Assembly: GCA_964449545.1 (NCBI GenBank)
Contig: CAYVBC010000003.1
Span: 1 to 33,567, forward strand
Source of the DNA: an uncultured Clostridia bacterium
GTDB taxonomy: Bacteria > Acidobacteriota > Aminicenantia > UBA2199
DNA length: 33,567 nt
Reading direction: 5' to 3'
The position numbers were made by a program, and so were the translations under genes. The notes beneath the pieces are model-generated. The model was not told the origin of the DNA. It made no database searches and worked only from the letters and a program-made list of their open reading frames with translations. This document shows positions 1 to 8,028 of this stretch, piece after piece; position 1 is the first letter of the stretch; each line of letters begins with the position of its first letter.

Positions 1-547
1 TTCCCGCTGACAGTTCTTCATTCTCCAGTGGGAACCGCACACCCTGAATCGTGACGCCTCCGGCCCGTGGAAATGGAATCAGGGATAAGTGGGAACCCAC
101 CGCCAGTTGCAAGCCGATTTTCCGCCCCCGTTCAATGGCGAACAATCGAGTCTTCCCCTCATGGATAAACAGACGTCCGGGATATTTCATGAGCAGGGAA
201 ATATTGCCCAGTTCGTGGTCCAATCTGCCACCCAGAGCGCCCACCAGGTCAATGAACCGGCAGCCCCGCTCCATGGCAAGATTCACGGCCAGTTCCGTAT
301 CGGTCTGATCCTTGTCCGCGGGAAAAGTGATCTTCTCCACTGCATTGAAGTACTTGAGGATATCGGATTCCACTGAATCCATGTCCCCCAGGATCAGATC
401 CGGAACGATTTTCATGGCCGCCAGGTAGCGGGCGCCGCCATCGGCGGCAATCACCAGGCCCGCGTCGTGAACAACCTTCTCCGCCTCCGGGATATTCCGA
501 ATTTCTCCATTGCACACAATGCATCCGTGAAAATCATTTTTTGTCAT
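1..547 (-). CDS. thiN: Thiamine diphosphokinase (thiamine pyrophosphokinase), C-terminus cut by window edge
   Basis: Absent from the ORF track because it runs off the left edge. The minus-strand ATG is at 547-545, preceded by GGAGGGG. Translation MTKNDFHGCIVCNGE..AADGGARYL..LGDMDSV..ADKDQTDTELAV..GALGGRLDHELGNISLL carries the GDxDS, DKDxTD and GGRxDH motifs of bacterial TPK (B. subtilis YloS/ThiN type). Confidence 0.8.
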   Translation of the reverse strand, partial: MTKNDFHGCIVCNGEIRNIPEAEKVVHDAGLVIAADGGARYLAAMKIVPDLILGDMDSVESDILKYFNAVEKITFPADKDQTDTELAVNLAMERGCRFIDLVGALGGRLDHELGNISLLMKYPGRLFIHEGKTRLFAIERGRKIGLQLAVGSHLSLIPFPRAGGVTIQGVRFPLENEELSAG

Positions 548-641
548 TCGGGACCCCTCCCTTCCACACCTTTTGCATTCCCATTTTTGTTCCGGCTCCG
601 GCCATTCAGTACAACGGCTGTGCGTTACCAAACCTTTTTTG

Positions 642-670
642 ACTATACCTCAACAAAAATGCAAAGCCAA
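642..670 (-). promoter_or_regulatory. Candidate sigma70 promoter for thiN (TTGGCT-17-TATAGT)
   Basis: On the minus strand, TTGGCT (670-665), a 17-nt spacer and TATAGT (647-642) lie between the bipA stop and the thiN start. Confidence 0.35.
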
Positions 671-702
671 TACGATGTGGATCGGGATTTAAATGACAGG
701 AA

Positions 703-2517
703 TCAGGCGGATTTGAGTTTTTCGGCACGCTTACGGGCATGGATATCCAGTAGCCGTTTGCGCATGCGTACACTGGTGGGCGTGATTTCGAGCAGTTCGT
801 CGTCGTTGATATACTCAATGGCCTGTTCCAGGGAAAAACGTCTGGGGGGGATCAGGCGGACCGCGTCATCTGAGCCCGCCGCGCGCATGTTGGTCAATTT
901 CTTTGTTTTACACACGTTGACCACCAGGTCGTTTTCGCGGCTGTGTTCACCCACGATCATTCCGGGGTAGACCGAAGTCCCCGGATCGACAAAGATGCCA
1001 CCCCGATCCTGGAGGTTGAAAAGTGAAAAAGCCACGGTTACGCCGGATTCCAGTGCAATCAGCACGCCCTTGGTTTTTCGTCTGATTTCGCCCTTGAAGG
1101 GTTCATAGCCGTGAAACACGTGATGAAGGATTCCCGTTCCCCGGGTGGCAGTCAGGAATTCTCCGTTCAAACCGATGAGGCCCCGGGCAGGCATCTTGAA
1201 TTCCAGACGGGTATATCCCCCACTGCCGTTGCTCATGTGAATGAGTTCGCCCTTGCGCTGACCGAACATTTCGATCACCACGCCGGAGAATTCATCCGCC
1301 ACGTCCACGGTAGCGGTTTCCACGGGTTCCAGGCGGCCTTCAGGGGAATCACGATAAATCACCTGTGGGCGGGACACCTGGAATTCATACCCTTCACGCC
1401 GCATGTTTTCCATGAGGATCGAGAATTGCAGCGCTCCCCGTCCCTTCAGAAGAAAAGCGTTCTGGGTTTCCGTTTCCTCCACCCTCAGATTCACGTTGTT
1501 GCGCTGTTCGCGCCTCAGCCGCTCCAGAACATGACGGGAAGTGACAAATTTTCCCTCATTGCCCGCGAAAGGTGAATCATTGACCATAAACGCCATGGCC
1601 ATGGTGGGCTCATCGATCTCAATGGTTGGTAACTGCACCGGATGCTCTTTGTGACATACCGTTTCCCCCACATCAATATCCGTGATTCCGGCAATGGAAA
1701 CGATCTCCCCGGCCGGAGCGGATTCAACCTCTTGGCGGCTCAACCCATTATAGGAGAAAATTCGGGTAATTTTAAAACTTGCCTGGGTCCCGTCGCGCTC
1801 AATACGCACCACTTCCTGTCCGCGATGAATGGATCCGTTGTGAATCCGTCCGGTTCCGATCTTCCCCAGGTAATTGTCAAAATCCATTGCCGATATGAAC
1901 ATCTGCAACGGCGCGTCCATATCCCCTTCCGGCTCGGAGACGTACTTCAGAATCGTATCCAGCAGGGGGATCATATCCGCCCCCTCATCTTCAGGCTCAT
2001 ACTTCGCCACGCCATCACGGGCGGAGGTGTACACCACGGGGAAATCCAGTTGCATATCATCCGCTTCCAATTCGATAAAGAGGTCAAGAACAGCGTCCAG
2101 TACCTGGCTTGGACGTGCGTTGGGGCGATCGATCTTGTTGATCACCACGATGGGTGACAGCCCCTGTTCCAGTGATTTCTTCAACACGTACTTGGTCTGG
2201 GGCATGGGACCTTCATAGGCATCCACCACCAGCAACACGGAATCCACCATGCGCATGATCCGCTGAACCTCTCCACCGAAATCGGCATGGCCCGGCGTAT
2301 CCACGATGTTGATCTTACAGCCTTTGTGACGAAACGAAGCATTTTTAGAGAAGATGGTGATCCCTTTTTCCCGCTCCAGATCGTTGCTGTCCATCACCCG
2401 CTCAGCCACCTGCTGGTTTTTACGAAAAACGCCGGTCTGGCGCAGGATGGCATCGATCAACGTGGTCTTACCGTGATCCACATGTGCAATTATGGCGATA
2501 TTCCTGATATTTTTCAC
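703..2517 (-). CDS. typA: Translational GTPase BipA/TypA
   Basis: Motifs NIRNIAIIAHVDHGKTTL (G1), DTPGHADFGGEV (G3) and VINKIDR (G4), with the length and C-terminus typical of BipA. The longest ORF starts at ATG 2589 but has no SD there. GTG at 2517 is preceded by AAGAGGA and gives the canonical MKNIRNIAII N-terminus. Confidence 0.93.
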   Translation of the reverse strand: MKNIRNIAIIAHVDHGKTTLIDAILRQTGVFRKNQQVAERVMDSNDLEREKGITIFSKNASFRHKGCKINIVDTPGHADFGGEVQRIMRMVDSVLLVVDAYEGPMPQTKYVLKKSLEQGLSPIVVINKIDRPNARPSQVLDAVLDLFIELEADDMQLDFPVVYTSARDGVAKYEPEDEGADMIPLLDTILKYVSEPEGDMDAPLQMFISAMDFDNYLGKIGTGRIHNGSIHRGQEVVRIERDGTQASFKITRIFSYNGLSRQEVESAPAGEIVSIAGITDIDVGETVCHKEHPVQLPTIEIDEPTMAMAFMVNDSPFAGNEGKFVTSRHVLERLRREQRNNVNLRVEETETQNAFLLKGRGALQFSILMENMRREGYEFQVSRPQVIYRDSPEGRLEPVETATVDVADEFSGVVIEMFGQRKGELIHMSNGSGGYTRLEFKMPARGLIGLNGEFLTATRGTGILHHVFHGYEPFKGEIRRKTKGVLIALESGVTVAFSLFNLQDRGGIFVDPGTSVYPGMIVGEHSRENDLVVNVCKTKKLTNMRAAGSDDAVRLIPPRRFSLEQAIEYINDDELLEITPTSVRMRKRLLDIHARKRAEKLKSA

Positions 2518-2651
2518 TTTTTCCTCTTGAGGACCCGTCCCGGATGAGAACGGACTATGATCTTCAGAAATGAAAGTATAGTATACCATACTTTATGTAA
2601 AAACCATGGATTCAGGGAGGGGAAAGTGAAAAATTCGCCGCGGCACTGTGA

Positions 2652-3836
2652 TCAGGTTTCCGAAATCTCCCGAATCACTGCGCGGATATGCTGAATCACA
2701 CGATCCCAGTCAAAATGCTTTCGAACGTAGTTCGAACCATTCCGGCCCTTCTCTCTGCGGAGTCGGGGGGAGTCCAGCAGCCGGATTGCCCCGGCTTCCA
2801 GTTCCGCCGCATCATGATACAACAGCCCGCCATCAGACAGGCGGATATGCTCGGCCAGCACCGCGCAATGGCCATTGGCTAGCACGGGTGTCCCCTGGCC
2901 GAAAGACTCGAGAGTGGTGATGGAAAGACTTTCCAGAGGAGAAGGCTGCAGTGAAAACGCGGCTCCGCGAAAAGCAGACAACTTCTCCTCTTCTGAAACG
3001 AATCCCGCGTAACGGATCCCTTCAATGTCCGGAATATCCATCAGTTTTTTTCCGATCAGGACAAGGTCAATCAACCGTTTACGCCGCAGGCCGGCGAAAG
3101 CGTTGAATACATTCTCCAGGCCCTTACCCCGCTCAATCCTGCCCGCGTAGAGCATGTACGGGCCAAAAATCATCCGGCTGCGACGAAACATCGCGGCATC
3201 GACCTTATCCGGTACCACCAGCCCGGTACGAACCAGTTCAAGTCCATGGGACCGCCCAAAAACCTTTCGCACCATCTGCTTCTCTGCATCCATCAGAAAA
3301 AGCAGACGATCGGGTCGCTGGAATACGTCCCGCATCAAATTCAGGTGAAGCGGCGGTTCGTCATGCGCGGTGGGAAACAGGGCCACCGGACGTGTCATCA
3401 CGCGGAGCCCCTGTACCGTGGTGGAATAGAGGTAGGTAAAAAAGAGAAACACATCAAACTCAGCCTGATCCCTCTCCAGGGCCTGGATCAGGGCCGGTGA
3501 ATCAGGTCCCTGCTCCCGGATCCAGCGCATTTCATCCCGTTTTTCAGAAGGCTGTGAAAAAAAATCCTCCGAGTACCTGTTGAATCGATGAATATCCCGT
3601 TCCCGTTCCACTAAAAAGCGAAGAATCCGCACACCGCGAAGAATGGACTCTCCGGCGGGGAATTCATTTCGCCAGGTAATGTAATCACTTGCCGTGGTCG
3701 TGAACACCGTCACGTCACAGCCGGAGGCGTTCAACCGCTCCGCGACATCCCTGGCAAGGGTTTCCGCACCACCAACGATCTCCCGGCCATAGCGCTGAAC
3801 CACCACTCCGACACGAATCATAACCGACTCAACCAC
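2652..3836 (-). CDS. Glycosyltransferase, GT4 (group 1) family
   Basis: 394-aa ORF with N-terminal GGAETLARDV and the C-terminal EX7E-type motif PLESLSITTLESFGQGTPVL, typical of GT-B group 1 transferases. Its start overlaps the upstream GT4 gene by 19 nt. Confidence 0.8.
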   Translation of the reverse strand: MVESVMIRVGVVVQRYGREIVGGAETLARDVAERLNASGCDVTVFTTTASDYITWRNEFPAGESILRGVRILRFLVERERDIHRFNRYSEDFFSQPSEKRDEMRWIREQGPDSPALIQALERDQAEFDVFLFFTYLYSTTVQGLRVMTRPVALFPTAHDEPPLHLNLMRDVFQRPDRLLFLMDAEKQMVRKVFGRSHGLELVRTGLVVPDKVDAAMFRRSRMIFGPYMLYAGRIERGKGLENVFNAFAGLRRKRLIDLVLIGKKLMDIPDIEGIRYAGFVSEEEKLSAFRGAAFSLQPSPLESLSITTLESFGQGTPVLANGHCAVLAEHIRLSDGGLLYHDAAELEAGAIRLLDSPRLRREKGRNGSNYVRKHFDWDRVIQHIRAVIREISET

Positions 3837-4879
3837 GCCAACAGTATTTCGGGGTCGGACTGAAGCTGATATTCCCGGATCCGTTTTTCCCCCTTCCGCC
3901 GCATGCCGGTACGGAGGGATTCATCATTGAGGATTTTTTCCGCCATACCCGCCACCATTTCCACTTTTTTTTCATTGAAAAGCACACCCGCTCCAGCCAG
4001 GGTTTCGGAAACCGCTCCCGCGTCATAGGCAAGAACGGGAATCTGGAAATGGCAGCTTTCGATCAGTGGCAGGCAGAAGCCTTCATGCTCACTCATGGAG
4101 AGGAACATATGACCGGATCGATACACGGCAAGCAATTCATCAAAGGGGATATGCCCGGTAAAAAGGATATCCTCTGAGGTCAACAGAAACCGCGCCGCAA
4201 GGTCACGAACCGAGTAGAAGTACGCGGGTAGAGAGAGTGTTTTCCCCGCAACCACCAGTCGGATGGAGGGAGAGATATATTTTTTATAGTAAAAAAGGAG
4301 CTTCACCAGGTCCTCGATTTTCTTATTCGGTGAGATGCGCCCCACAAATATGATGTTTTTCCGATCATCACTGAGCAACCTGGAATAAATGGGAGAATGA
4401 GGGGCATTGTACGCATCCAGGTCGATTGTGATGGGAAAGGTACGGATTTCGGCGGAGTATTTCAACTCACGCAACTCCTCCGCGTTGTACTCTGAATCCG
4501 CGACACACAGGTCAAAACACTTTCTCATACGTGCCAGGTGTTCCCTGCCGGACTGGGTAAATCGTGTCATTTCCGCTGAAAAGGGAACAAAAAATTCCGG
4601 CGGTGTGATGTTGTGATAGATCATGACCTTCGGACCTTTCAGTGAAGGGAAGATGTCAGTCAGCAGAGAGGGGATCGCAAAGTGGAGGATTTTTACCGCA
4701 TCCGGATCTTCCCGGTATGATTCGAAGGGAACCGCTGAATCTTTTTTACTTTCATCCATGGAGAGGGCGATGATCCGGGAATGAATCCCCTTACTCTCCA
4801 GAAATTCGTGCAGACGCCAGGTGGAATTTCCAATCGCATCACCGGCGTGAAAGGCCGGAAGGAATTGTTCAACAATCAT
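3818..4879 (-). CDS. Glycosyltransferase, GT4 (group 1) family
   Basis: Contains the SEHEGFCLPLIESCHFQIPVLAYDAGAVSETL motif (EX7E). The preferred start is the ATG at 4879 (MIVEQFLPAFHAGDAIGN). The longest ORF reaches 4945 but adds a non-conserved 22 aa. Confidence 0.75.
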   Translation of the reverse strand: MIVEQFLPAFHAGDAIGNSTWRLHEFLESKGIHSRIIALSMDESKKDSAVPFESYREDPDAVKILHFAIPSLLTDIFPSLKGPKVMIYHNITPPEFFVPFSAEMTRFTQSGREHLARMRKCFDLCVADSEYNAEELRELKYSAEIRTFPITIDLDAYNAPHSPIYSRLLSDDRKNIIFVGRISPNKKIEDLVKLLFYYKKYISPSIRLVVAGKTLSLPAYFYSVRDLAARFLLTSEDILFTGHIPFDELLAVYRSGHMFLSMSEHEGFCLPLIESCHFQIPVLAYDAGAVSETLAGAGVLFNEKKVEMVAGMAEKILNDESLRTGMRRKGEKRIREYQLQSDPEILLAWLSRL

Positions 4880-4968
4880 GATCAGACCCCATGGATCAAT
4901 ATCCGGAGATTCCGGAAGGTCCAAATTGTAGCATGAGCACAGCATGGGATCAAACCATTTTCAATATA

Positions 4969-4983
4969 TTGTAATAATTACAT
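4969..4983. promoter_or_regulatory. Fur-family-like 7-1-7 inverted repeat TTGTAATaATTACAT
   Basis: The core TGTAAT-A-ATTACA is a perfect palindrome and shares the TAATnATTA core of the B. subtilis Fur, PerR and Zur boxes. It lies immediately upstream of the -35 of the PDO promoter. The right half AATTACATT is repeated at 4993-5001. Confidence 0.45.
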
Positions 4984-4988
4984 TTTTG

Positions 4989-5017
4989 TTGAAATTACAT
5001 TAAAGTTATACTACTAT
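4989..5017 (+). promoter_or_regulatory. Candidate sigma70 promoter (TTGAAA-17-TACTAT) of the PDO-rubredoxin-ferritin cluster
   Basis: TTGAAA 4989-4994, a 17-nt spacer, TACTAT 5012-5017, then the SD AAGGAGGA and ATG at 5044. Confidence 0.5.
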
Positions 5018-5043
5018 ATTCATGTCATCTATAAGGAGGAATC

Positions 5044-5694
5044 ATGAAGTACATTTCAGACAGTATCCGGAAGGAGCTTGATGCGGTATTTAAGGAACTG
5101 GACCAGGATGTCCATATTGTATATTTTACCCAGAAGATGGAATGTCGATTCTGTTTCGAAACCCGGGAGCTTCTCACGGAGATCAGTGAACTCTCTCCTA
5201 AAATCAAACTTGAAGTGCTTGATTTTCAAAAAAACGCGGACCGCGCGAAAGACCTTGGCATTGATAAGATTCCCGCCACGGTGGTGATGGCTCAGAAAGA
5301 TACTGGAATTCGATTCTTCGGAATCCCCAGTGGGTACGAATTCGGCTCCATGATCGACGCCATTCGACTTGTTTCAATTGGTGAAATCGGACTCAGCGCG
5401 GAAACCAGAAAATTCCTGGATACCCTCGAATCCGATGTGCATCTCCAGGTTTTCGTAACCCCCACCTGCCCCTACTGCCCCGCAGCCGTTACCCTTGCCC
5501 ACCAGATGGCTCATTACAGTCCCCGGGTTACGGCGGACATGGTGGAAGCCACTGAATTTCCCCACCTTTCACAGAAGCATGGCGTCATGGGTGTGCCCCG
5601 AACCATCATCAACGGATCCGAATTCCAGGAGGGCGCGGCGCCTGAGGCCACGCTGGTAAAAAAGATCGCTTCCGCCCTGAAAAGCGAGGGTTGA
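5044..5694 (+). CDS. Protein disulfide oxidoreductase, two thioredoxin-fold domains (glutaredoxin-like PDO family)
   Basis: 216 aa with two CxxC sites (CRFC and VFVTPTCPYCP). It is collinear with my recollection of the Pyrococcus furiosus PDO (DMVEA.E.P......VM.VP). A strong SD AAGGAGGA precedes the start. Confidence 0.8.
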   Translation: MKYISDSIRKELDAVFKELDQDVHIVYFTQKMECRFCFETRELLTEISELSPKIKLEVLDFQKNADRAKDLGIDKIPATVVMAQKDTGIRFFGIPSGYEFGSMIDAIRLVSIGEIGLSAETRKFLDTLESDVHLQVFVTPTCPYCPAAVTLAHQMAHYSPRVTADMVEATEFPHLSQKHGVMGVPRTIINGSEFQEGAAPEATLVKKIASALKSEG

Positions 5695-5749
5695 TTTTTG
5701 GTGATTTGATTTTTATAATTACAAATCCAAAATTTAAGAGGAGGTTCTG

Positions 5750-5914
5750 ATGAAAAAGTATGTATGCACCGTATGTGGTTATGTGTATGATCCTTCCCAG
5801 GGAGATCCGGATTCCGGTATCGCTCCGGGGACCGCTTTCGCGGATATTCCCGACGATTGGGTCTGTCCCCTTTGCGGAGTCGGAAAAGACGACTTCGAAC
5901 CCATGGAAGACTGA
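5750..5914 (+). CDS. rub: Rubredoxin
   Basis: A 54-aa ORF below the track cutoff: [54 protein letters not shown]. It has the two CxxCG knuckles and the conserved rubredoxin core. SD AAGAGGAGG lies at 5736-5744. Confidence 0.9.
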   Translation: MKKYVCTVCGYVYDPSQGDPDSGIAPGTAFADIPDDWVCPLCGVGKDDFEPMED

Positions 5915-5994
5915 CGCCGGAATCATCCGGACTGCCCGCACAAGGCGTCGGAAAGGCGCCGCGGCTTTCTCATAATGCCCTTAAGGAGACAAAA

Positions 5995-6483
5995 ATGATC
6001 AATAAAAAGATTCAGGACGCGTTGAACCAGCAGATCAATGAAGAACTATATTCCGCCTATCTCTATCTTTCCATGGCCACTCAGTTCTCGGAAATGAACC
6101 TGAGTGGTTTTGCCCGCTGGATGGAGATGCAGGCCCAGGAAGAAACCGCTCACGCCATGAAATTTTATGGTTTTATCAACGAGCGTGGCGGCCGTGTCGA
6201 GTTGAAAGCCATCAAGGGCCCCCAGATCCAGTGGGACTCCGCCCTGAAGATGATGACTGAATCCCTCGCTCACGAGGAGTACATCACCTCCTGCATTCAC
6301 AAACTGGTTGATCTGGCCACCAGTGAAAAAGACTATCCCACCATGAACATGCTGCAATGGTTTGTGGACGAACAGGTGGAAGAGGAGTCCAGTGTGACCG
6401 AAATCGTTGAAAAACTCAAGATGATCGGCGAACACGGACAGGGCCTTTTCATGCTGGATCGAGAACTGGGTGCCCGCAAATAG
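5995..6483 (+). CDS. ftnA: Non-haem ferritin
   Basis: MINKKIQDALNQQINEELYSAYLYLSMA..EETAHAMKF..EQVEEE shows ferroxidase-centre residues. SD AAGGAGA precedes the ATG at 5995. The track ORF from 5857 is an upstream extension that overlaps rubredoxin. Confidence 0.9.
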   Translation: MINKKIQDALNQQINEELYSAYLYLSMATQFSEMNLSGFARWMEMQAQEETAHAMKFYGFINERGGRVELKAIKGPQIQWDSALKMMTESLAHEEYITSCIHKLVDLATSEKDYPTMNMLQWFVDEQVEEESSVTEIVEKLKMIGEHGQGLFMLDRELGARK

Positions 6484-6504
6484 GATTCAATACACCATGG
6501 ATTA

Positions 6505-6558
6505 CCGCTGGGGAATCAGGGTCCGTCGTAGTTTCGGGCTTGATTCCCGGCGGTTTTT
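6505..6558 (+). terminator. Candidate intrinsic terminator after ferritin
   Basis: A roughly 13-bp stem (6505-6518 pairing with 6541-6553, one bulged G) with a 22-nt loop, followed by TTTTT at 6554-6558. Confidence 0.5.
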
Positions 6559-6568
6559 GGTGTAGAAT
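6540..6568 (+). promoter_or_regulatory. Candidate sigma70 promoter (TTGATT-17-TAGAAT) for tRNA(CAU)-tilS
   Basis: TTGATT 6540-6545, a 17-nt spacer, TAGAAT 6563-6568. The predicted TSS is near 6575, which is 3-4 nt before the mature tRNA 5' end. Confidence 0.4.
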
Positions 6569-6578
6569 TCCTTTGAAT

Positions 6579-6651
6579 GGCGGTGTAGCTCAGCCGGTAG
6601 AGCAGTCGGCTCATATCCGATATGTCGGGGGTTCAAATCCCTCCGCCGCTA
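6579..6651 (+). tRNA. tRNA with anticodon CAU (elongator Met or lysidine-dependent Ile2)
   Basis: Hand-folded 73-nt cloverleaf. Acceptor GGCGGUG/CGCCGCU (G1.U72, U6.G67). D arm GCUC-AGCCGGUA-GAGC. Anticodon arm GUCGG-CUCAUAU-CCGAU (G27.U43). Variable loop AUGUC. T arm GGGGG-UUCAAAU-CCCUC. Discriminator A. No CCA is encoded. It lacks the initiator features (no C1xA72, no GGG/CCC in the anticodon stem). Confidence 0.9.
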
Positions 6652-6668
6652 TTTATTTCACTCCCACC

Positions 6669-8024
6669 ATGGATCCATTGCTTGCGTCATTTCGAAACAA
6701 CCTCCTTTCACTGATTGAAGACCTGCGTGGGTCCAAACTGATCGCCGCCGTTTCAGGAGGAAAGGATTCCATTGCACTGCTGACCCTTCTCAAATCCCTT
6801 GAAGCGGAATTGAATTTCACTGTAAAAGCCGCATATTTCAACCATCACCTCCGGGCAGATTCTCATTTGGAGGAAGCCTGGATCATCCATTTCTGTGAAA
6901 CCCGGGGAATCCCCCTGATCCTGGGTGGCGCGAATGTCTCCGAATACGCCGGAAAGGAAAAACAAAACCTCGAGGAAGCCGCTTCCCACTTGAGATACAC
7001 GTTTCTGAAACCACTGGCCGCGTTGCCCCGCACCTGGATCCTTACCGGCCACACAGGTTCGGATTTGAGTGAAACGTTTCTCATGCACTTGTTCAGGGGC
7101 AGCGGCAGCACCGGTCTCGCGGCCATCCACCCCCTGAAGTGGTCCCGGATCCTTCGCCCGCTTCTGTCTGTAACGGAACCTGAAATCCGCGCCTACCTGC
7201 AGCGGAACGGCATTCCCCACTACAGTGACACGTCCAACCTCAATAATCGGTTTCTCCGCAACCGGGTGCGCCACAAACTGATGCCCACCCTGCGAAAGGA
7301 ATTCCCGCATCTGGACCGAAAAGTCAACGACGCGGTGGACATTCTTCGCGAGGAGTCGGACTTTCTCCGAAAACTGGCCCGGGAAACCCTGGACGGTATG
7401 CTGCTGCAGAAAAAGATCCTGCCCACCCGAAGAATGTACACGCTTCACCCGGCGCTGCAGCGTCACCTTCTGCGTGAATACATTCGCCTTCTGCGTGGAG
7501 ACCTGCGTGGGATCTCCCTGGCTCATATTGATTCACTTCGCCTTCAGCGTTCCCCCCAGCGGAACCTGAGCATCCCGGGGATCACTTTCTCGCTGCGCAA
7601 GGGATTTCTATTCCCCGTTTCTTTTCACATTCCGGAATACGATCATCCGCTTCCCTCGACAGGGACGCTTGATATCCCCGAGATCGGCGCCCATGTACGG
7701 ACCGGGAGCGATACGGACGCGCCACATTCCAGGGAGGCGGGTTTTTCCGTATGCCTTGATCCGGCGCGGCTCTCTCTCCCATTGCGAGTTCGTTCCGCAT
7801 ACCGCTCCGACAGATACAGGACCGTCGGGTCGGATGTCTCTAAGAAAATCTTTGAGATGATCCGGGTGGCGGGATTGCCGGCCCCTTTGCGCGCGCTGCG
7901 TCCGATCTTCTGCGATGCCGCGGACCGACCCTTCTGGATACCCGGAAGTCCTCCCGCCAGCCATGCCCCGCAAACCCGGGGTCAAGGCCTGAGAATTACC
8001 GTTGAAGGACTCTGGGCGGAGTAG
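6669..8024 (+). CDS. tilS: tRNA(Ile)-lysidine synthase
   Basis: PP-loop motif LIAAVSGGKDSIALL, with TilS-typical length and C-terminal domain. The track ORF from 6540 reads through the tRNA gene, so the real start is taken as ATG 6669. Confidence 0.9.
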   Translation: MDPLLASFRNNLLSLIEDLRGSKLIAAVSGGKDSIALLTLLKSLEAELNFTVKAAYFNHHLRADSHLEEAWIIHFCETRGIPLILGGANVSEYAGKEKQNLEEAASHLRYTFLKPLAALPRTWILTGHTGSDLSETFLMHLFRGSGSTGLAAIHPLKWSRILRPLLSVTEPEIRAYLQRNGIPHYSDTSNLNNRFLRNRVRHKLMPTLRKEFPHLDRKVNDAVDILREESDFLRKLARETLDGMLLQKKILPTRRMYTLHPALQRHLLREYIRLLRGDLRGISLAHIDSLRLQRSPQRNLSIPGITFSLRKGFLFPVSFHIPEYDHPLPSTGTLDIPEIGAHVRTGSDTDAPHSREAGFSVCLDPARLSLPLRVRSAYRSDRYRTVGSDVSKKIFEMIRVAGLPAPLRALRPIFCDAADRPFWIPGSPPASHAPQTRGQGLRITVEGLWAE

Positions 8025-8028
8025 CCGC

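Noticed and set aside
548-641. A possible TPP riboswitch in the ~90-nt leader of the thiamine pyrophosphokinase gene.
   Set aside because: The conserved CUGAGA and ACCUGAUCUGGAUAAUGCCAGCG-like elements are absent.
5703-5727. An inverted repeat GATTTG-N13-CAAATC between PDO and rubredoxin.
   Set aside because: It has only a 6-bp AT-rich stem with a 13-nt loop and no T-tract, so it is too weak to call a terminator. Its right arm adjoins, but does not include, the AATTACAA half-site (5717-5724) noted in the Fur-like box finding.
5857-5994. An upstream extension of the ferritin ORF (208-aa version).
   Set aside because: It overlaps the rubredoxin 3' end and is Arg-rich. A good SD precedes the internal ATG 5995, which gives a canonical 162-aa ferritin.
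6540-6668. An N-terminal extension of the tilS ORF (494-aa version).
   Set aside because: The extension is translated straight through the tRNA gene. The conserved TilS sequence starts after ATG 6669.
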